A DNA stretch of 49,006 nt from an uncultured Spirochaetota bacterium (GTDB taxonomy: Bacteria > Spirochaetota > Spirochaetia > SZUA-6 > CAVTHK01), in NCBI GenBank assembly GCA_963734495.1, contig CAVTHK010000017.1:1-49006 (forward strand). Direction: 5' to 3'. A model generated the notes under the pieces. It saw nothing but the letters and a program-made list of their open reading frames with translations, was not told the origin of the DNA and made no database searches. Below, piece by piece: positions 19,612 to 29,870 of the stretch. The position numbers and the translations under genes were made by a program. The stretch's first letter is position 1; every line of letters begins with the position of its first letter.

Positions 19612-20583
19612 CTATCGCAGCGCTTCGACGATGCGCGCGAAGTCCTCCGGGATGGGCGCGGCGATCTCGATGCGTTGGCCGCCGCTGGGATGGGCGAATT
19701 GCATGCTCTCGCAGTGGAGCGCGTGCCGGGGCGGCAGGTCCGGGTCCAGGCGGCAGCCGTTGGCACAGTAGCGCAGGAACAGCGCCTCGTCCTGGTAGAT
19801 GAGGTCGCCCCATACCGGGTGGCCGAGCGATGCGAAGTGTACGCGGATCTGGTGCTGCCTGCCCGTCCTCGGCCACGCGTCGAGCAGCGTGGCGCCGCGC
19901 AGGGGCTCCCGCGTCTCGTACTCGGTGACGGCGGGCTGCCCGCCGGCCCTCGCGGCGCGGCGGATGCGCACCGCCGACCCGTCGTCGCGGCCGATCGCGA
20001 GGTCGATCACGCCGACCGGCGGCTCGACGTGCCCGCGCACCACGGCGAGATAGCGCTTGCCGATCTCGCCGGCGCCGATCGCCCGGTGCAGCGCCGCGAG
20101 GGTCGCGCGGTCCTTGCCGATCAGCACGACGCCGCTGCTGAAGAGGTCCAGGCGGTTGACCAGGCCGGGGTAGAAAGACCGGTCGCCGCGCGCGAGGCGC
20201 GACGCGATCTCGCGGCCCAGGCGCTCGCGCACCGCTTGGATGATCGAGCCCGCCTGCTTGCGGCCGACGGGATGGACCGGCACGCCGGCGGGCTTGTCGA
20301 CCGCGAGCAGGCACCCGTCCTCGTAGAGAACCCGCAGCTCGGGCGCCGTCGTGGAATCGTCGCTCGGCCGCCAGTGGACCTCGAGCGCGTCGCCGGCGCG
20401 CAGGCGGGTGGAGGAGGCGAGCCGGTGGCCGTTCACGAGCGCGTCGCCGGTCTGGATGATGCGCTTGACCTGGGCGCGCGAGAGGAAGGGCGCCCTGAGG
20501 CAGAGGAAGACGTCGGCGCGCAGGCCGGCCTCGTCGGGCGCGGCGCGGAAGAGGCCGTGCTCGTAGCCGCCGGGCGTCTCCAT
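19612..20583 (-). CDS. RluA/RluD-family pseudouridine synthase with S4-like domain
   Basis: LRADVFL, VLYED..LLAVDKPAG..VHP, NRLD..SSG (catalytic Asp kept), TGRQHQIRVH, GHPVWGD..Y. Confidence 0.92.
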   Translation of the reverse strand: METPGGYEHGLFRAAPDEAGLRADVFLCLRAPFLSRAQVKRIIQTGDALVNGHRLASSTRLRAGDALEVHWRPSDDSTTAPELRVLYEDGCLLAVDKPAGVPVHPVGRKQAGSIIQAVRERLGREIASRLARGDRSFYPGLVNRLDLFSSGVVLIGKDRATLAALHRAIGAGEIGKRYLAVVRGHVEPPVGVIDLAIGRDDGSAVRIRRAARAGGQPAVTEYETREPLRGATLLDAWPRTGRQHQIRVHFASLGHPVWGDLIYQDEALFLRYCANGCRLDPDLPPRHALHCESMQFAHPSGGQRIEIAAPIPEDFARIVEALR

Positions 20584-20662
20584 CGCCCCATCGTAGCACG
20601 AACATGAATATATTGGTCGCGGACCCGGCGACCCCACCGCCCCCGCAGGAAAGAGAGGACCC

Positions 20663-21334
20663 ATGAGCCGAGAGCTTTGGACCGCAGTCGACCGCTACAT
20701 CACCGACCTGCTCGTAGATCACGGAGACGGCCTGGAGGCTGCGCTGCGCGCCAGCGCCGAAGCCGGCCTCCCGGCCATCCAGGTCTCGCCGCCGCAGGGC
20801 AAGCTCCTGCACGTGCTCGCGCTGGCGTGCGGAGCGCGCTCGATCCTGGAGATCGGGACGCTGGGCGGCTACAGCACGATCTGGCTCGCGCGGGCGCTGC
20901 CTCAAGGCGGGCGGCTGGTCACGCTCGAGGCCGATCCCCGACACGCCCAGGTCGCCCGCGCAAACCTCGCCCGAGCCGGTCTCGCCGACGTGGTCGAGGT
21001 GATGGTGGGGCCCGCGCTGGAGACGCTGCCGCGACTGGAGTCCGAGGGGCGCGGGCCGTTCGACATGTTCTTCATCGACGCGGACCGGCCGCGCATGGCA
21101 GAATACCTCGCCTGGGCCGTGAGGCTCGCCCGCCGCGGCAGCCTGATCGTCGGCGACAACGTCGTCCGTGACGGGGCCGTGGCCGACCCCGACAGCACGG
21201 ACCCGGGCGTGCGGGGAGTGCGGCAATTCAACGAAGCGGTCGCGCGCGAGCCGCGCCTCGCCGGCACGGTGATCCAGACCGTGGGCAGCAAGGGCTACGA
21301 CGGCTTCGCGATCGCGGTCGTGACCGCGGGCTGA
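20663..21334 (+). CDS. O-methyltransferase (COMT/CCoAOMT-like)
   Basis: SPPQGKLL, ILEIGTLGGYS, FDMFFIDAD, GDNVVRDG, VGSKGYDGF. Confidence 0.92.
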   Translation: MSRELWTAVDRYITDLLVDHGDGLEAALRASAEAGLPAIQVSPPQGKLLHVLALACGARSILEIGTLGGYSTIWLARALPQGGRLVTLEADPRHAQVARANLARAGLADVVEVMVGPALETLPRLESEGRGPFDMFFIDADRPRMAEYLAWAVRLARRGSLIVGDNVVRDGAVADPDSTDPGVRGVRQFNEAVAREPRLAGTVIQTVGSKGYDGFAIAVVTAG

Positions 21335-21351
21335 AGAGAAAGGGACGAAGC

Positions 21352-22353
21352 ATGGCGAAAAAAGTGGCGTGGGGGCTGCTGTCGACGGCCCACATCAACG
21401 AGGCGGTGATCGGCCCGATGCGCAAGTCGCGTCGCGGCGAGCTGCTGGCGGTGGCCAGCCGCGACGGGGCCCGCGCAAAGGCGTACGCGGCCGAGCGCCG
21501 GATCCCTCGGGCGTACGGCAGCTACGAGGAGCTGCTGTTCGATCCCGACGTCGACGCCGTATACGTGTCGCTCCCCAACTCCCTGCACGCGGAGTGGACC
21601 GTCAAGGCGCTGCAGGCCGGCAAGCACGTGATGTGCGAGAAGCCGATGACCGTGACGCTCGAGGAGCTCGATCGGGTGGAGCGCGCGGCCTCGGCTTCGG
21701 GGAGGACGGTCTTCGAGGCCTTCATGTACCTGCACCACCCCCAGATGCGGCGGCTGCGCGACCTCGTGGCCAGGGGCGAGATCGGGGCGCTGCAGCTCGT
21801 TTCGAGCACCTTCAGCTTCTATCTTCCTCCGGAGAAGGCCTCGAACATACGCCTGCGCGCCGACGTTTCGGGCGGCTCGCTCTGGGATGTCGGGGTCTAT
21901 CCCGTCAGCCTCTCGGTGTTTCTCAACGGAGGAAAGGCGCCGGAATCCGTGTGGGCCCAGGAGACGACGGGCGAGACCGGCGTCGACGTGTCGGTCCGCG
22001 GCCAGATGCGGCTCAACGGAGCCGCGAGCGCGCACGTCTTTGTGGGCTTCCGCGCGCCGTCGCTGCACACGGCGTTCGTCGTCGGCGAGCGCGGCCGCAT
22101 CGAGATCGGCGAGCCGTGGAAGCCGGCGCTCGCCGGGGCGCCGAGCCGACTGACGGTGACGCCGGTGAGCGGCAGGGACAAGGTGATCAGGTTCGCCCGC
22201 AGGGACCCGTACCTGTGCGAGATCGAGGCGATGGAGGCGTGCATCCTCGACGGGGCGCAGCCGGTGGTGCCGCTGGGGTTGAGCCGAGAGATCCTCAGGA
22301 CGGTGCTCGCGCTTCACCGATCGGCGCGGACGGGGCAGCCCGTGAGCCTGTAG
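21352..22353 (+). CDS. Gfo/Idh/MocA-family oxidoreductase
   Basis: WGLLSTAHI, DAVYVSLPNSLH, GKHVMCEKP, GGSLWDVGVY. Confidence 0.92.
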   Translation: MAKKVAWGLLSTAHINEAVIGPMRKSRRGELLAVASRDGARAKAYAAERRIPRAYGSYEELLFDPDVDAVYVSLPNSLHAEWTVKALQAGKHVMCEKPMTVTLEELDRVERAASASGRTVFEAFMYLHHPQMRRLRDLVARGEIGALQLVSSTFSFYLPPEKASNIRLRADVSGGSLWDVGVYPVSLSVFLNGGKAPESVWAQETTGETGVDVSVRGQMRLNGAASAHVFVGFRAPSLHTAFVVGERGRIEIGEPWKPALAGAPSRLTVTPVSGRDKVIRFARRDPYLCEIEAMEACILDGAQPVVPLGLSREILRTVLALHRSARTGQPVSL

Positions 22354-22392
22354 AGCCGCGCCGCACGAGGGCAGTCAGACCCGGGGGAAACG

Positions 22393-23040
22393 ATGCTGGA
22401 CCTCTCTCCGCAGGATCTCCTGCGCGGCATCCTCGCCGCGCTCGTGGGGTTCACGGTCCACGAGTTCGCGCACGCCTGGGTGGCCCTGCGGCTCGGCGAC
22501 ACGACCGCCCGCGACGAGGGCCGCGTCACGCTGAACCCTTTTCGCCACATCGACGTGATGGGATTCATCCTGCTGGTCGTCGCAGGCTTCGGCTGGGGGA
22601 AGCCCGTCATGGTGGACCGCTCGCGGCTCAGGCATCCGGTGCGCGACGACATCGCGATCTCTCTCGCCGGACCGCTCGCCAACCTCGTCCTGGCCGTCCT
22701 CTTCACCGCGGCCTTCAAGGCGCTGGTGTCTCTCGTGCGCTTTCCGTCGCGGACGGCTGCAAGCGCGACCGCGTCGATTTTCGAGGCCCTGATCCTCACC
22801 AACCTGGGCCTGGGTCTCTTCAACCTCCTGCCCCTCCCTCCGCTGGACGGGCATCGGCCGGTGGCCTACCTGCTCGCGCGCGTCAACCCCGCGGCGGCCG
22901 CCTTCTACCTGAAGTACGGACCCGTGCTGCTCTTCGCCTGGATCGCGCTCGAGTGGTTCGCGAGGATCGATGTGCTGCCGATCGCGGCCGCGATCAGGGC
23001 CGTGGCCCGCGCGATGTTCAGGGTCTTCGCACTGATCTGA
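22393..23040 (+). CDS. Site-2 protease (peptidase M50)
   Basis: HEFAH zinc motif, GFGWGKPV, LAGPLAN, FNLLPLPPLDG. Confidence 0.92.
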   Translation: MLDLSPQDLLRGILAALVGFTVHEFAHAWVALRLGDTTARDEGRVTLNPFRHIDVMGFILLVVAGFGWGKPVMVDRSRLRHPVRDDIAISLAGPLANLVLAVLFTAAFKALVSLVRFPSRTAASATASIFEALILTNLGLGLFNLLPLPPLDGHRPVAYLLARVNPAAAAFYLKYGPVLLFAWIALEWFARIDVLPIAAAIRAVARAMFRVFALI

Positions 23041-23073
23041 GCGGAGGGCAGGAGCCGCTGCCGGAGGAGCGGG

Positions 23074-23544
23074 ATGGAGATCACCAAGCGGATCGCTCTC
23101 GTGGCCCACGATAACTGCAAGCGGGACCTGGTCGAGTGGGCGGACTGGAACTGGCGCCTGCTGCTGGGCCATCAGCTCATCTGCACCGGCACGACGGGCA
23201 GGCTCGTCGAAGAGGCGCTCTCCCGCCGGGTCGACGCCGAGCATCCTCTCGGGCACCCGATGATCAGGCTCAAGTCCGGGCCCTTCGGCGGAGACCAGCA
23301 GCTCGGCGCGATGATCGCCGACGGGCAGGTGGACATCCTCATCTTCTTCTGGGACCCGATGCAGCCGCACCCGCACGACGTGGACGTCAAGGCGCTCCTG
23401 CGGATCTCGGTGCTTTACAACATCCCGACCGCGTGCAACCGCTCGACGGCGGACTTCCTGATCTCCTCCGAGCTCATCGAGAAGCCCTACAAGCCGGTGA
23501 CGCGCGACTACTCCTCGTACCTCGAGCGGAACCTCGACGTCTGA
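23074..23544 (+). CDS. mgsA: Methylglyoxal synthase
   Basis: IALVAHD, TGTTG, SGPFGGDQQ, FFWDP..PHDVDVKALLR. Confidence 0.95.
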   Translation: MEITKRIALVAHDNCKRDLVEWADWNWRLLLGHQLICTGTTGRLVEEALSRRVDAEHPLGHPMIRLKSGPFGGDQQLGAMIADGQVDILIFFWDPMQPHPHDVDVKALLRISVLYNIPTACNRSTADFLISSELIEKPYKPVTRDYSSYLERNLDV

Positions 23545-23641
23545 CCGGAATTGCCTCGCACCCGGCGTGTCCGCTATTGTTGTCGGGAGACCGAGGCGTC
23601 GGGCAGCGAGCCGACGACCGACGACGGAGGAGGTACTCCAG

Positions 23642-24644
23642 ATGAAGTACGCCTGCATGGGGCGGGCCAACGTGACCGTCAGCCGAATCTGCCTCGGCAC
23701 GATGCACTTCGCCGTCCACGCCGACAAGGACGAAGCGTTCCGCATCATGGACCGGGCGCTGGAGATGGGGATCAACTTCTTCGACACCGCCAACGTGTAC
23801 GGGAGGGCCGCCGGGTTCGGCGCCACGGAGACGATCATCGGCGAGTGGCTCAAGCAGGGCGGCGGCAGGCGCGACCGCATCGTGCTGGCCACCAAGGTGT
23901 ACGGGTCCACGGGCAAGACCGCGGGCCCCAACGAGGGCGCCGGGATCTCGCTGTACAAGGTGCGGAAGCAGGTCGAGGACTCCCTGCGGCGCCTGGCCAC
24001 CGACCGCATCGACCTCTACCAGGTGCACCACATCGATCGCAGGATCAGCGGAGAGGAGTTCTGGGGCACCTTCGAGCAGCTGCAGCGCAAGGGCGACGTC
24101 ATCTACGCCGGCACCAGCAACTTCCCGGGCTGGGGGCTCGCGAAGTACCAGATGATCGCGCAGCAGCGCGGAAACCTCGGGATCGTGTCCGAGCAGTCGA
24201 TGTACAACCTGCTCTGCCGCTACCCGGAGCTGGAGGTGATCCCCGCCGCCCGGGACCTGGGGATCGGCGTTCTGCCCTACATGCCGCTCGCGGGCGGGCT
24301 GCTGACCGGCAAGAGCCGCAGCGAGCAGGGCAGCCGCACCGCGGAGGTGGAAAAGGAGTACGGCATGCCGATCGGCGGGAACCGGCAGCTCGAGGACTTC
24401 GCCCGCATCTGCCGGGAGCTCGGCGAAAAGGAGCACATCGTCGCCATCGCGTGGGTGCTCGCCAATCCCGGCGTCTATTCGACCATCGTCGGGATCCGCA
24501 GCGTGCAAGCACCTCGAGGGGCTGGAGCGCGCCGCCGAGCTCGAGCTCTCCGCCGAGACCATGAGCCGGCTCGACGCGCTGTTCGCCGTCGGCAAGGGGC
24601 GTCCGCTGCGGAACGCCGCGGCGCCCGAGGCGTACGCCTGGTAG
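23642..24644 (+). CDS. Aldo/keto reductase (frameshift near 24505)
   Basis: CLGTMHF, FFDTANVYG, IDLYQVHH, PLAGGLLTGK; the shifted frame ends ...APEAYAW* at 24644; GGAGG RBS. Confidence 0.88.
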
Positions 24645-24759
24645 ATCGGCTGGTGCTCGTAACCGGCGGGACCGGGACTGTGAATCTCACTCCGGCCCGT
24701 GCCGTCGGGCGCATCGGCCGGGGCGCTTTCGTGCGCGCCCTCGCCGCCGCGGAAAGCCC

Positions 24760-25729
24760 GTGACCCCCGCCGAGGCCGCCGCCGCGCTCGCCAGCGCCGG
24801 CGCGACGCTGCCGCCTGGCCCGCTTCGGGTCGAGAAGCGGGGCGAGCGCTGGCTCGTCCGCCTCGCGGAAGACCGCGTCGCGTGGATCGCAGCGACGCCC
24901 GCGGCGGTCTCGCGCATGAGCGCGGAGCGGCGGGTTCTCCGCCTGCTCGCGGAGCGGTGCCGCTTCGAAGCGCCCCGCGTCGTGCTCGAAGCGGCCGACG
25001 GCTCGCTCGACGTCCGCACGATCGTGCCCGGCACGGCGGACGGGCAGGGGGTCTATCGGCGCGCGGAGCGCGACCCCGGGCTCGCGGCGCGGATCGGCCG
25101 CGGCGTGGGCGCGATGCTGGCTGAGCAGCACACGCGCATCGGCGCCGCGGACGCGGCCGGCTGGCTCCCGCGGCGTCCGCTGTGGCCCATCCCGCGGGCC
25201 GAGGCGCGCGAGCTGCTGCCGCGGCACGTCCGTGACCGCGAGCTCGCGGCGCGGGCCGACGCGGTCCTCGCCGCGTACGAGGCGCTGCCGGTCGCCGAGG
25301 CGGATCGGGCGCTGGTGCACTGCGATCTGGGCTTCCACAACCTCGCGTTCGACCCCGCCACGCTCGCCGTGCGCGGCGTCTTCGACTACGACGAGGCTGC
25401 CTGGGCGGACCGGGCCCACGATTTCCGGTACCTGCTGTTCTGCTGGCCGGTGGAGACCGTCTTCGAGGCGGCCGTCGCGGCCTACGAGCCGGCGGTCGGC
25501 CGCTCCGTCCCGCGCGGCCGTGCGCTCCTCTACAACGCCGGGTGCGCGATCAGCTTTCTCGCGTCCCGCGGCGACGCGCGCCCCGAGGACCGCCCCTGCG
25601 GCCGGACGCTGCGGGAGGACCTGGTGTGGACCGCGAGCGCGATCGAGCGGGCGCTCGCAGCCGGGCCCGCAACCGGGCGCGCCGGGGCCCGCAGCCGGGC
25701 CCGCCGCCCGACCCGCGGAATTCTGTTGA
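24760..25729 (+). CDS. Aminoglycoside phosphotransferase-like kinase (APH/choline kinase fold); 3' end inferred
   Basis: Brenner motif HCDLGFHN and metal-binding FDYDEA; the stop at 25729 is reached only if the 10-bp unit at 25681-25690 is restored to 12 bp. Confidence 0.75.
25657..25702 (+). repeat. Imperfect 12-bp tandem repeat (GCAGCCGGGCCC), four units, third unit 10 bp
   Basis: GCAGCCGGGCCC / GCAACCGGGCGC / GCCGGGGCCC / GCAGCCGGGCCC read directly. Confidence 0.7.
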
Positions 25730-25860
25730 AGCGCGGCCGCCGGTCGCTTATGTTTGACTACATTGGCCTGTCGGTGCGACAGGCCGCGGTCCGCGATGCT
25801 TCGGCAGGTGGGGCGCCGGCCCACGCCGAGCCGCGCCCAGATGTCCACGAGGAGGTGGCA

Positions 25861-27135
25861 ATGAAACGACTCTTCGCCTTGCTGGCGCTTCTCTGCGCCG
25901 GGGCGGCCGTGTTCGCGTCCGGGACCCAGGAGCCCGCCGCGACCGCCCAGCAGCCGGTCTCGATCGTCTACTGGCAGTACTTCTACGAGTCCAAGGTGCA
26001 GGTGATCGACCAGCTGATCCAGAAGTTCCAGACCGACAACCCGAACATCAAGGTCGAGCAGGTGACCTTCCCCTATGAGAACTACAACCAGAAGGTCGCC
26101 TCTTCGCTTCCGGCCGGGACCGGCCCGGACGTCATCAACCTCTTCTACGGGTGGCTGCCCCTCTACGTGAAGTCGGGCTACCTGCAGCCCCTCTCGCCCT
26201 CCGACTTCAGCCCCGACAGCTTCAAGAGCGGCTTCTTCCCGTTCGTCGCCGAGAGCGTCCAGTTCGACGGCAAGTACTACTCCGTGCCGACGGCGGTTCG
26301 CACCCTGGCGCTGCTGTGGAACAGGAAGCTCTTCCGGGACGCGGGGCTCGACCCGGGCAAGGCGCCGCAGGACCTCGATGAGCTCACGGCCACGGCGAAG
26401 AAGCTTTCCAAGTTCGACGGCCAGGGCAACCTGGTCCAGGCCGGGCTCGCCATGCAGCCCACCGGACAGGGACACAACTGGCTGCGCGACGTCCTCATCC
26501 GCCAGTTCGGCGGCACGCCGTACAGCGCCGACGGCCGAAAGGTCACGTACAACACGCCCGAGGGGGTCGCGGCGCTCACGTGGTACACCGACCGCATAAC
26601 AAAGGACAAGGTGGGCTACCCCAACTTCGCCACCGACGACGTCACCGCCTTCAAGTCGCAGAAGGCCGCGATGAACATCGACGGCTCCTTCAGGATCGCC
26701 ACGCTCAACGCGGTCAAGGACCTCGACTGGGCCGTCGCGGAGCTGCCCTCCTACCACGGCATCAGGAGCAACTACGCCTCGTTCTGGACCCACGGCATCA
26801 CCGCCGGGGTCAAGGGCGCCAGGCTCGCGGCGTCGGTCAAGTTCCTCAAGTACATCACCTCGCCCGAGGCCATGGACCTCTGGCTCGCCAAGGTCGGCGA
26901 GCTTCCCGCCAACCCCGGGTTCGCGGCGAAGCAGAAGGACACGCCGTTCGTCGGCGTCTTCCTCAAGGGGCTCGACTACGCCCACGGCACGACGTTCGTG
27001 GACGAGGCGGGCCAGCGCACGGTCTTCGTCGACATGGTGGACCAGGTCGTGCTCAAGAAGAGCGCGCCGGCCGACGCCCTCAAGGAGGCGGCGGCGAAGG
27101 AGCAGAAGCTCATCGACGACTTCTGGAAGATGTAG
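25861..27135 (+). CDS. Extracellular solute-binding protein (family 1)
   Basis: GGAGGT RBS, signal peptide MKRLFALLALLCAGAAVFA, GTGPDV, DGKYYSVP, WNRKLFRDAGLDP. Confidence 0.92.
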   Translation: MKRLFALLALLCAGAAVFASGTQEPAATAQQPVSIVYWQYFYESKVQVIDQLIQKFQTDNPNIKVEQVTFPYENYNQKVASSLPAGTGPDVINLFYGWLPLYVKSGYLQPLSPSDFSPDSFKSGFFPFVAESVQFDGKYYSVPTAVRTLALLWNRKLFRDAGLDPGKAPQDLDELTATAKKLSKFDGQGNLVQAGLAMQPTGQGHNWLRDVLIRQFGGTPYSADGRKVTYNTPEGVAALTWYTDRITKDKVGYPNFATDDVTAFKSQKAAMNIDGSFRIATLNAVKDLDWAVAELPSYHGIRSNYASFWTHGITAGVKGARLAASVKFLKYITSPEAMDLWLAKVGELPANPGFAAKQKDTPFVGVFLKGLDYAHGTTFVDEAGQRTVFVDMVDQVVLKKSAPADALKEAAAKEQKLIDDFWKM

Positions 27136-27144
27136 AAATTCGAA

Positions 27145-27192
27145 GGCAGGCGTCCGGCGGGGCCCCGCGCGGCCCCGCCGGCGCCGCCTGCC
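27145..27192 (+). other. Intercistronic stem-loop after the solute-binding protein gene
   Basis: GGCAGGCG-T-CCGGCGGGGCC...GGCCCCGCCGG...CGCCTGCC. Confidence 0.6.
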
Positions 27193-27203
27193 CGGGTGGC
27201 AAG

Positions 27204-28091
27204 ATGACGCTCGCCAGGAAGCAGGTCGTCACGGCCTACGTCTTTCTCTCGGTCCCCCTGCTGTTCTACCTGTTCGTGCGCATCGCGCCGATGGCCTATG
27301 CCCTGATGATGGGGACCACGAACTGGAGACTGCTCGCGCGCAGCCTGCGGTTCGTGGGCCTCGACAACTTCCGCTCGCTCTTTGCCGATCGCGTCTTCCT
27401 CACCGCGCTCGGCAACACGCTCCGCTACGCCGTGATCGGGGCGCCGCTGACCATCGTCATCAGCCTCTTCTTCGCCCTCCAGCTCAACGCGATCTGGAAG
27501 GGGAGGGCGCTCTACCGCCTGCTGTACGTCCTGCCCTACATCACGCCGGTGGTCGCCGTGAGCTGGGTGTGGCGCTGGATGTTCCAGCCGCTGCCGATCG
27601 GGATCGTCAACGGGCTGCTCGGGCGGCTCGGCCTGCCGCAGATGGGCTTCCTCAACGACCCCAACCAGGCCCTGTATTCGATCACCGCTGTCAACGTGTG
27701 GGTCGAGCTCGGCTACTGCATCACGATCTTCCTCGCGGGGCTCCAGGGCATCCCCGCCGACTTCATCGAGGCGGCGAAGATGGACGGCGCCTCCGAGCGC
27801 AGGGTCCTCACGGGGATCGTCCTGCCGCTGCTGCTCCCCGTGACGCTCTTTCTCACGGTCATCGAGGGCATCCAGTTCCTGCGCATCTTCACGCAGGTCT
27901 ACAACATGTCGACGCAGGCCACGGGAGGCCCCCTGGACTCGACCAAGTCCATGGCGCTGTACGTGTACCAGGCGGCCTTCACGAAGTTCCAGATGGGGCT
28001 CGCCGCGAGCGCGAGCCTCGTCCTGTTCGCGATCATCCTCTTCGTGACGCTGGTGCAGATCCGCTTCTTCGACAGGAGGATCGACACCTGA
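27204..28091 (+). CDS. Carbohydrate ABC transporter permease
   Basis: FVGLDNF, LPYITPVVA, FLAGLQGIP..FIEAAKMDGA EAA loop. Confidence 0.92.
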   Translation: MTLARKQVVTAYVFLSVPLLFYLFVRIAPMAYALMMGTTNWRLLARSLRFVGLDNFRSLFADRVFLTALGNTLRYAVIGAPLTIVISLFFALQLNAIWKGRALYRLLYVLPYITPVVAVSWVWRWMFQPLPIGIVNGLLGRLGLPQMGFLNDPNQALYSITAVNVWVELGYCITIFLAGLQGIPADFIEAAKMDGASERRVLTGIVLPLLLPVTLFLTVIEGIQFLRIFTQVYNMSTQATGGPLDSTKSMALYVYQAAFTKFQMGLAASASLVLFAIILFVTLVQIRFFDRRIDT

Positions 28092-28103
28092 ACGGGGGTT
28101 CTC

Positions 28104-28931
28104 ATGCCGGCGGATAGGCGCCGGGCGGCGGCGTTCGCGTACACCGTCCTCTCGCTGCTCTCCATCGTGATGGTCTTTCCCTTCTCGTGGATGCTGATGT
28201 CGTCGCTCAAGGACGCCACGCAGATCTTCCACCTGGCCTATTTCCCCAGCCGCCCGACGCTGGAGAACTACGGCCTGCTCCTCTTCGCGAGGCGCTCGCA
28301 GTTCCCGGTCTGGTTCGCCAACAGCGTGCTGGTCGCGTGCGCGACGACGGCGTCCGTGCTGTTCTTCGATACCCTGCTCGGCTACACCCTCTCGAAGTTC
28401 TCCTTTCCCGGCAAGCGGCTCGTCTTCGTGCTGATCATCAGCACGCTGATGATCCCCACGGAGATGCTCGTGATCCCGTGGTACGCGATCTCGGTCAAGC
28501 TCAGGTGGGTCGACACCTACTGGGGCATCATGTTCCCGGGCATGATGAGCGCCTTTGGCGTCTTCCTCATGCGGCAGTTCGCCGCGGGCATCCCCGACGA
28601 GCTGATCGCGGCCGCCCGCATCGACGGCCAGGGCGAGTTCAGGATCCTGATCACGATCGCGATGCCGCTGATGGCCTCGGCCATGGCCACGCTGGCCATC
28701 TTCAATTTCATCGGCAACTGGAACGCGTTCATCTGGCCGCTGATCGTGGCCTCGAAACCGGCCCGCTTCACCCTCCCGGTCGGGCTGGCGAACTTTTCCG
28801 GCGAGGCGGGCAGCGACTGGCACCTGATCATGACCGGGGCCACGGTGGCGATGGCGCCGCTCATCATCGTGTTCCTCGTATTCCAGAGGCGCATCATCAG
28901 AGGGATTGCCCTCACGGGCCTGAGAGGATGA
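28104..28931 (+). CDS. Carbohydrate ABC transporter permease
   Basis: PFSWMLMSSLK, FLMRQF..IPDELIAAARIDG, WNAFIWPL. Confidence 0.93.
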   Translation: MPADRRRAAAFAYTVLSLLSIVMVFPFSWMLMSSLKDATQIFHLAYFPSRPTLENYGLLLFARRSQFPVWFANSVLVACATTASVLFFDTLLGYTLSKFSFPGKRLVFVLIISTLMIPTEMLVIPWYAISVKLRWVDTYWGIMFPGMMSAFGVFLMRQFAAGIPDELIAAARIDGQGEFRILITIAMPLMASAMATLAIFNFIGNWNAFIWPLIVASKPARFTLPVGLANFSGEAGSDWHLIMTGATVAMAPLIIVFLVFQRRIIRGIALTGLRG

Positions 28932-28934
28932 AGG

Positions 28935-29870
28935 ATGCGAGTCATAGACTCCCACGTTCACTTTCCCGCGGACAAGATCATCGACGACGGCGCCCCGGGC
29001 GGGCGGGCGTCGGGGGCGCCGCGGCCGCCGAAACCGGCGCCGCACGGGGAGACCTCCGCGTGGCTGCGCCGGGAACGGGAGAAGTGGGCGCGCGCGTGGA
29101 GGTTTCCCGAGGAGCAGAAGCTCTCGCCCGAGGAGAACCTCGCGCGCTGGAAGGCCGAGGCGGACCGCTACCCCTACCTCGAGCGCATCGTCTTCGTGAC
29201 CACCGGGAGCAACGACTTTGCCGCAAACCTGGTGCGGCAGCGGCCGGACAAGTTCGTGGCCTACGCGCATCACGACCCGCTGCTTCCGGACGCCGTCGAG
29301 AGACTCGGGCGCGCGGTCAGGGAGCAGGGCCTCAAGGGGTACAAGCTGATCGCCCCGACGATCGAGCGCAGGGTCGACGACCGCTCGCTCTTCCCGTTGT
29401 GGGAGACCGCGCGCGACCTGGGGATCCCGGTGCTCATCCATTTCGGGATCCTGGGCGGGGCGGGCGGGATCGCCAGCCACGTGAACATCAACCCGCTCGT
29501 CATCCATGACGTAGCCAAGGCCTTTCCCGAGCTTCCGATCATCATCCCGCATTTCGGGTGCGGCTATCTCTTCGAGACGCTGAACCTCTGCTGGGCCTGC
29601 CCGAACGTGCGCGTGGACACGAGCGGCTCCAACCAGTGGATGCGGTGGATGCCCTACGAGCTGAACCTGGAGATCCTCTTCCGCAAGTACCGGGAGACCA
29701 TCGGCGCGGAGAGGATCCTCTTCGGCACGGACTCGAGCTGGTTCCCGCGCGGCTTCGCGAGCGCCTACCTCGACGAGCAGGTGCGCGCGATGACCTACGT
29801 CGGGTACTCCGAGGCGGAGGTCGACGCGGTCCTCTATGGCAACGCGGCGCGGCTGCTGAAGCTCGAGTAG
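28935..29870 (+). CDS. Amidohydrolase_2-family metallo-hydrolase
   Basis: IDSHVH, GLKGYKL, PVLIHFG, PHFG, ILFGTDS, GNAARLL. Confidence 0.88.
   Translation: MRVIDSHVHFPADKIIDDGAPGGRASGAPRPPKPAPHGETSAWLRREREKWARAWRFPEEQKLSPEENLARWKAEADRYPYLERIVFVTTGSNDFAANLVRQRPDKFVAYAHHDPLLPDAVERLGRAVREQGLKGYKLIAPTIERRVDDRSLFPLWETARDLGIPVLIHFGILGGAGGIASHVNINPLVIHDVAKAFPELPIIIPHFGCGYLFETLNLCWACPNVRVDTSGSNQWMRWMPYELNLEILFRKYRETIGAERILFGTDSSWFPRGFASAYLDEQVRAMTYVGYSEAEVDAVLYGNAARLLKLE

Noticed and set aside
24760-25729. Aminoglycoside resistance gene
   Set aside because: Only the generic APH/choline-kinase fold motifs are visible; there is no mobile context or recognisable resistance allele.
24760-27135. 791-aa kinase plus solute-binding protein fusion
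   Set aside because: The binding protein has its own RBS and signal peptide at 25861, the linker looks noncoding, and a 2-bp-short repeat unit explains the missing stop.
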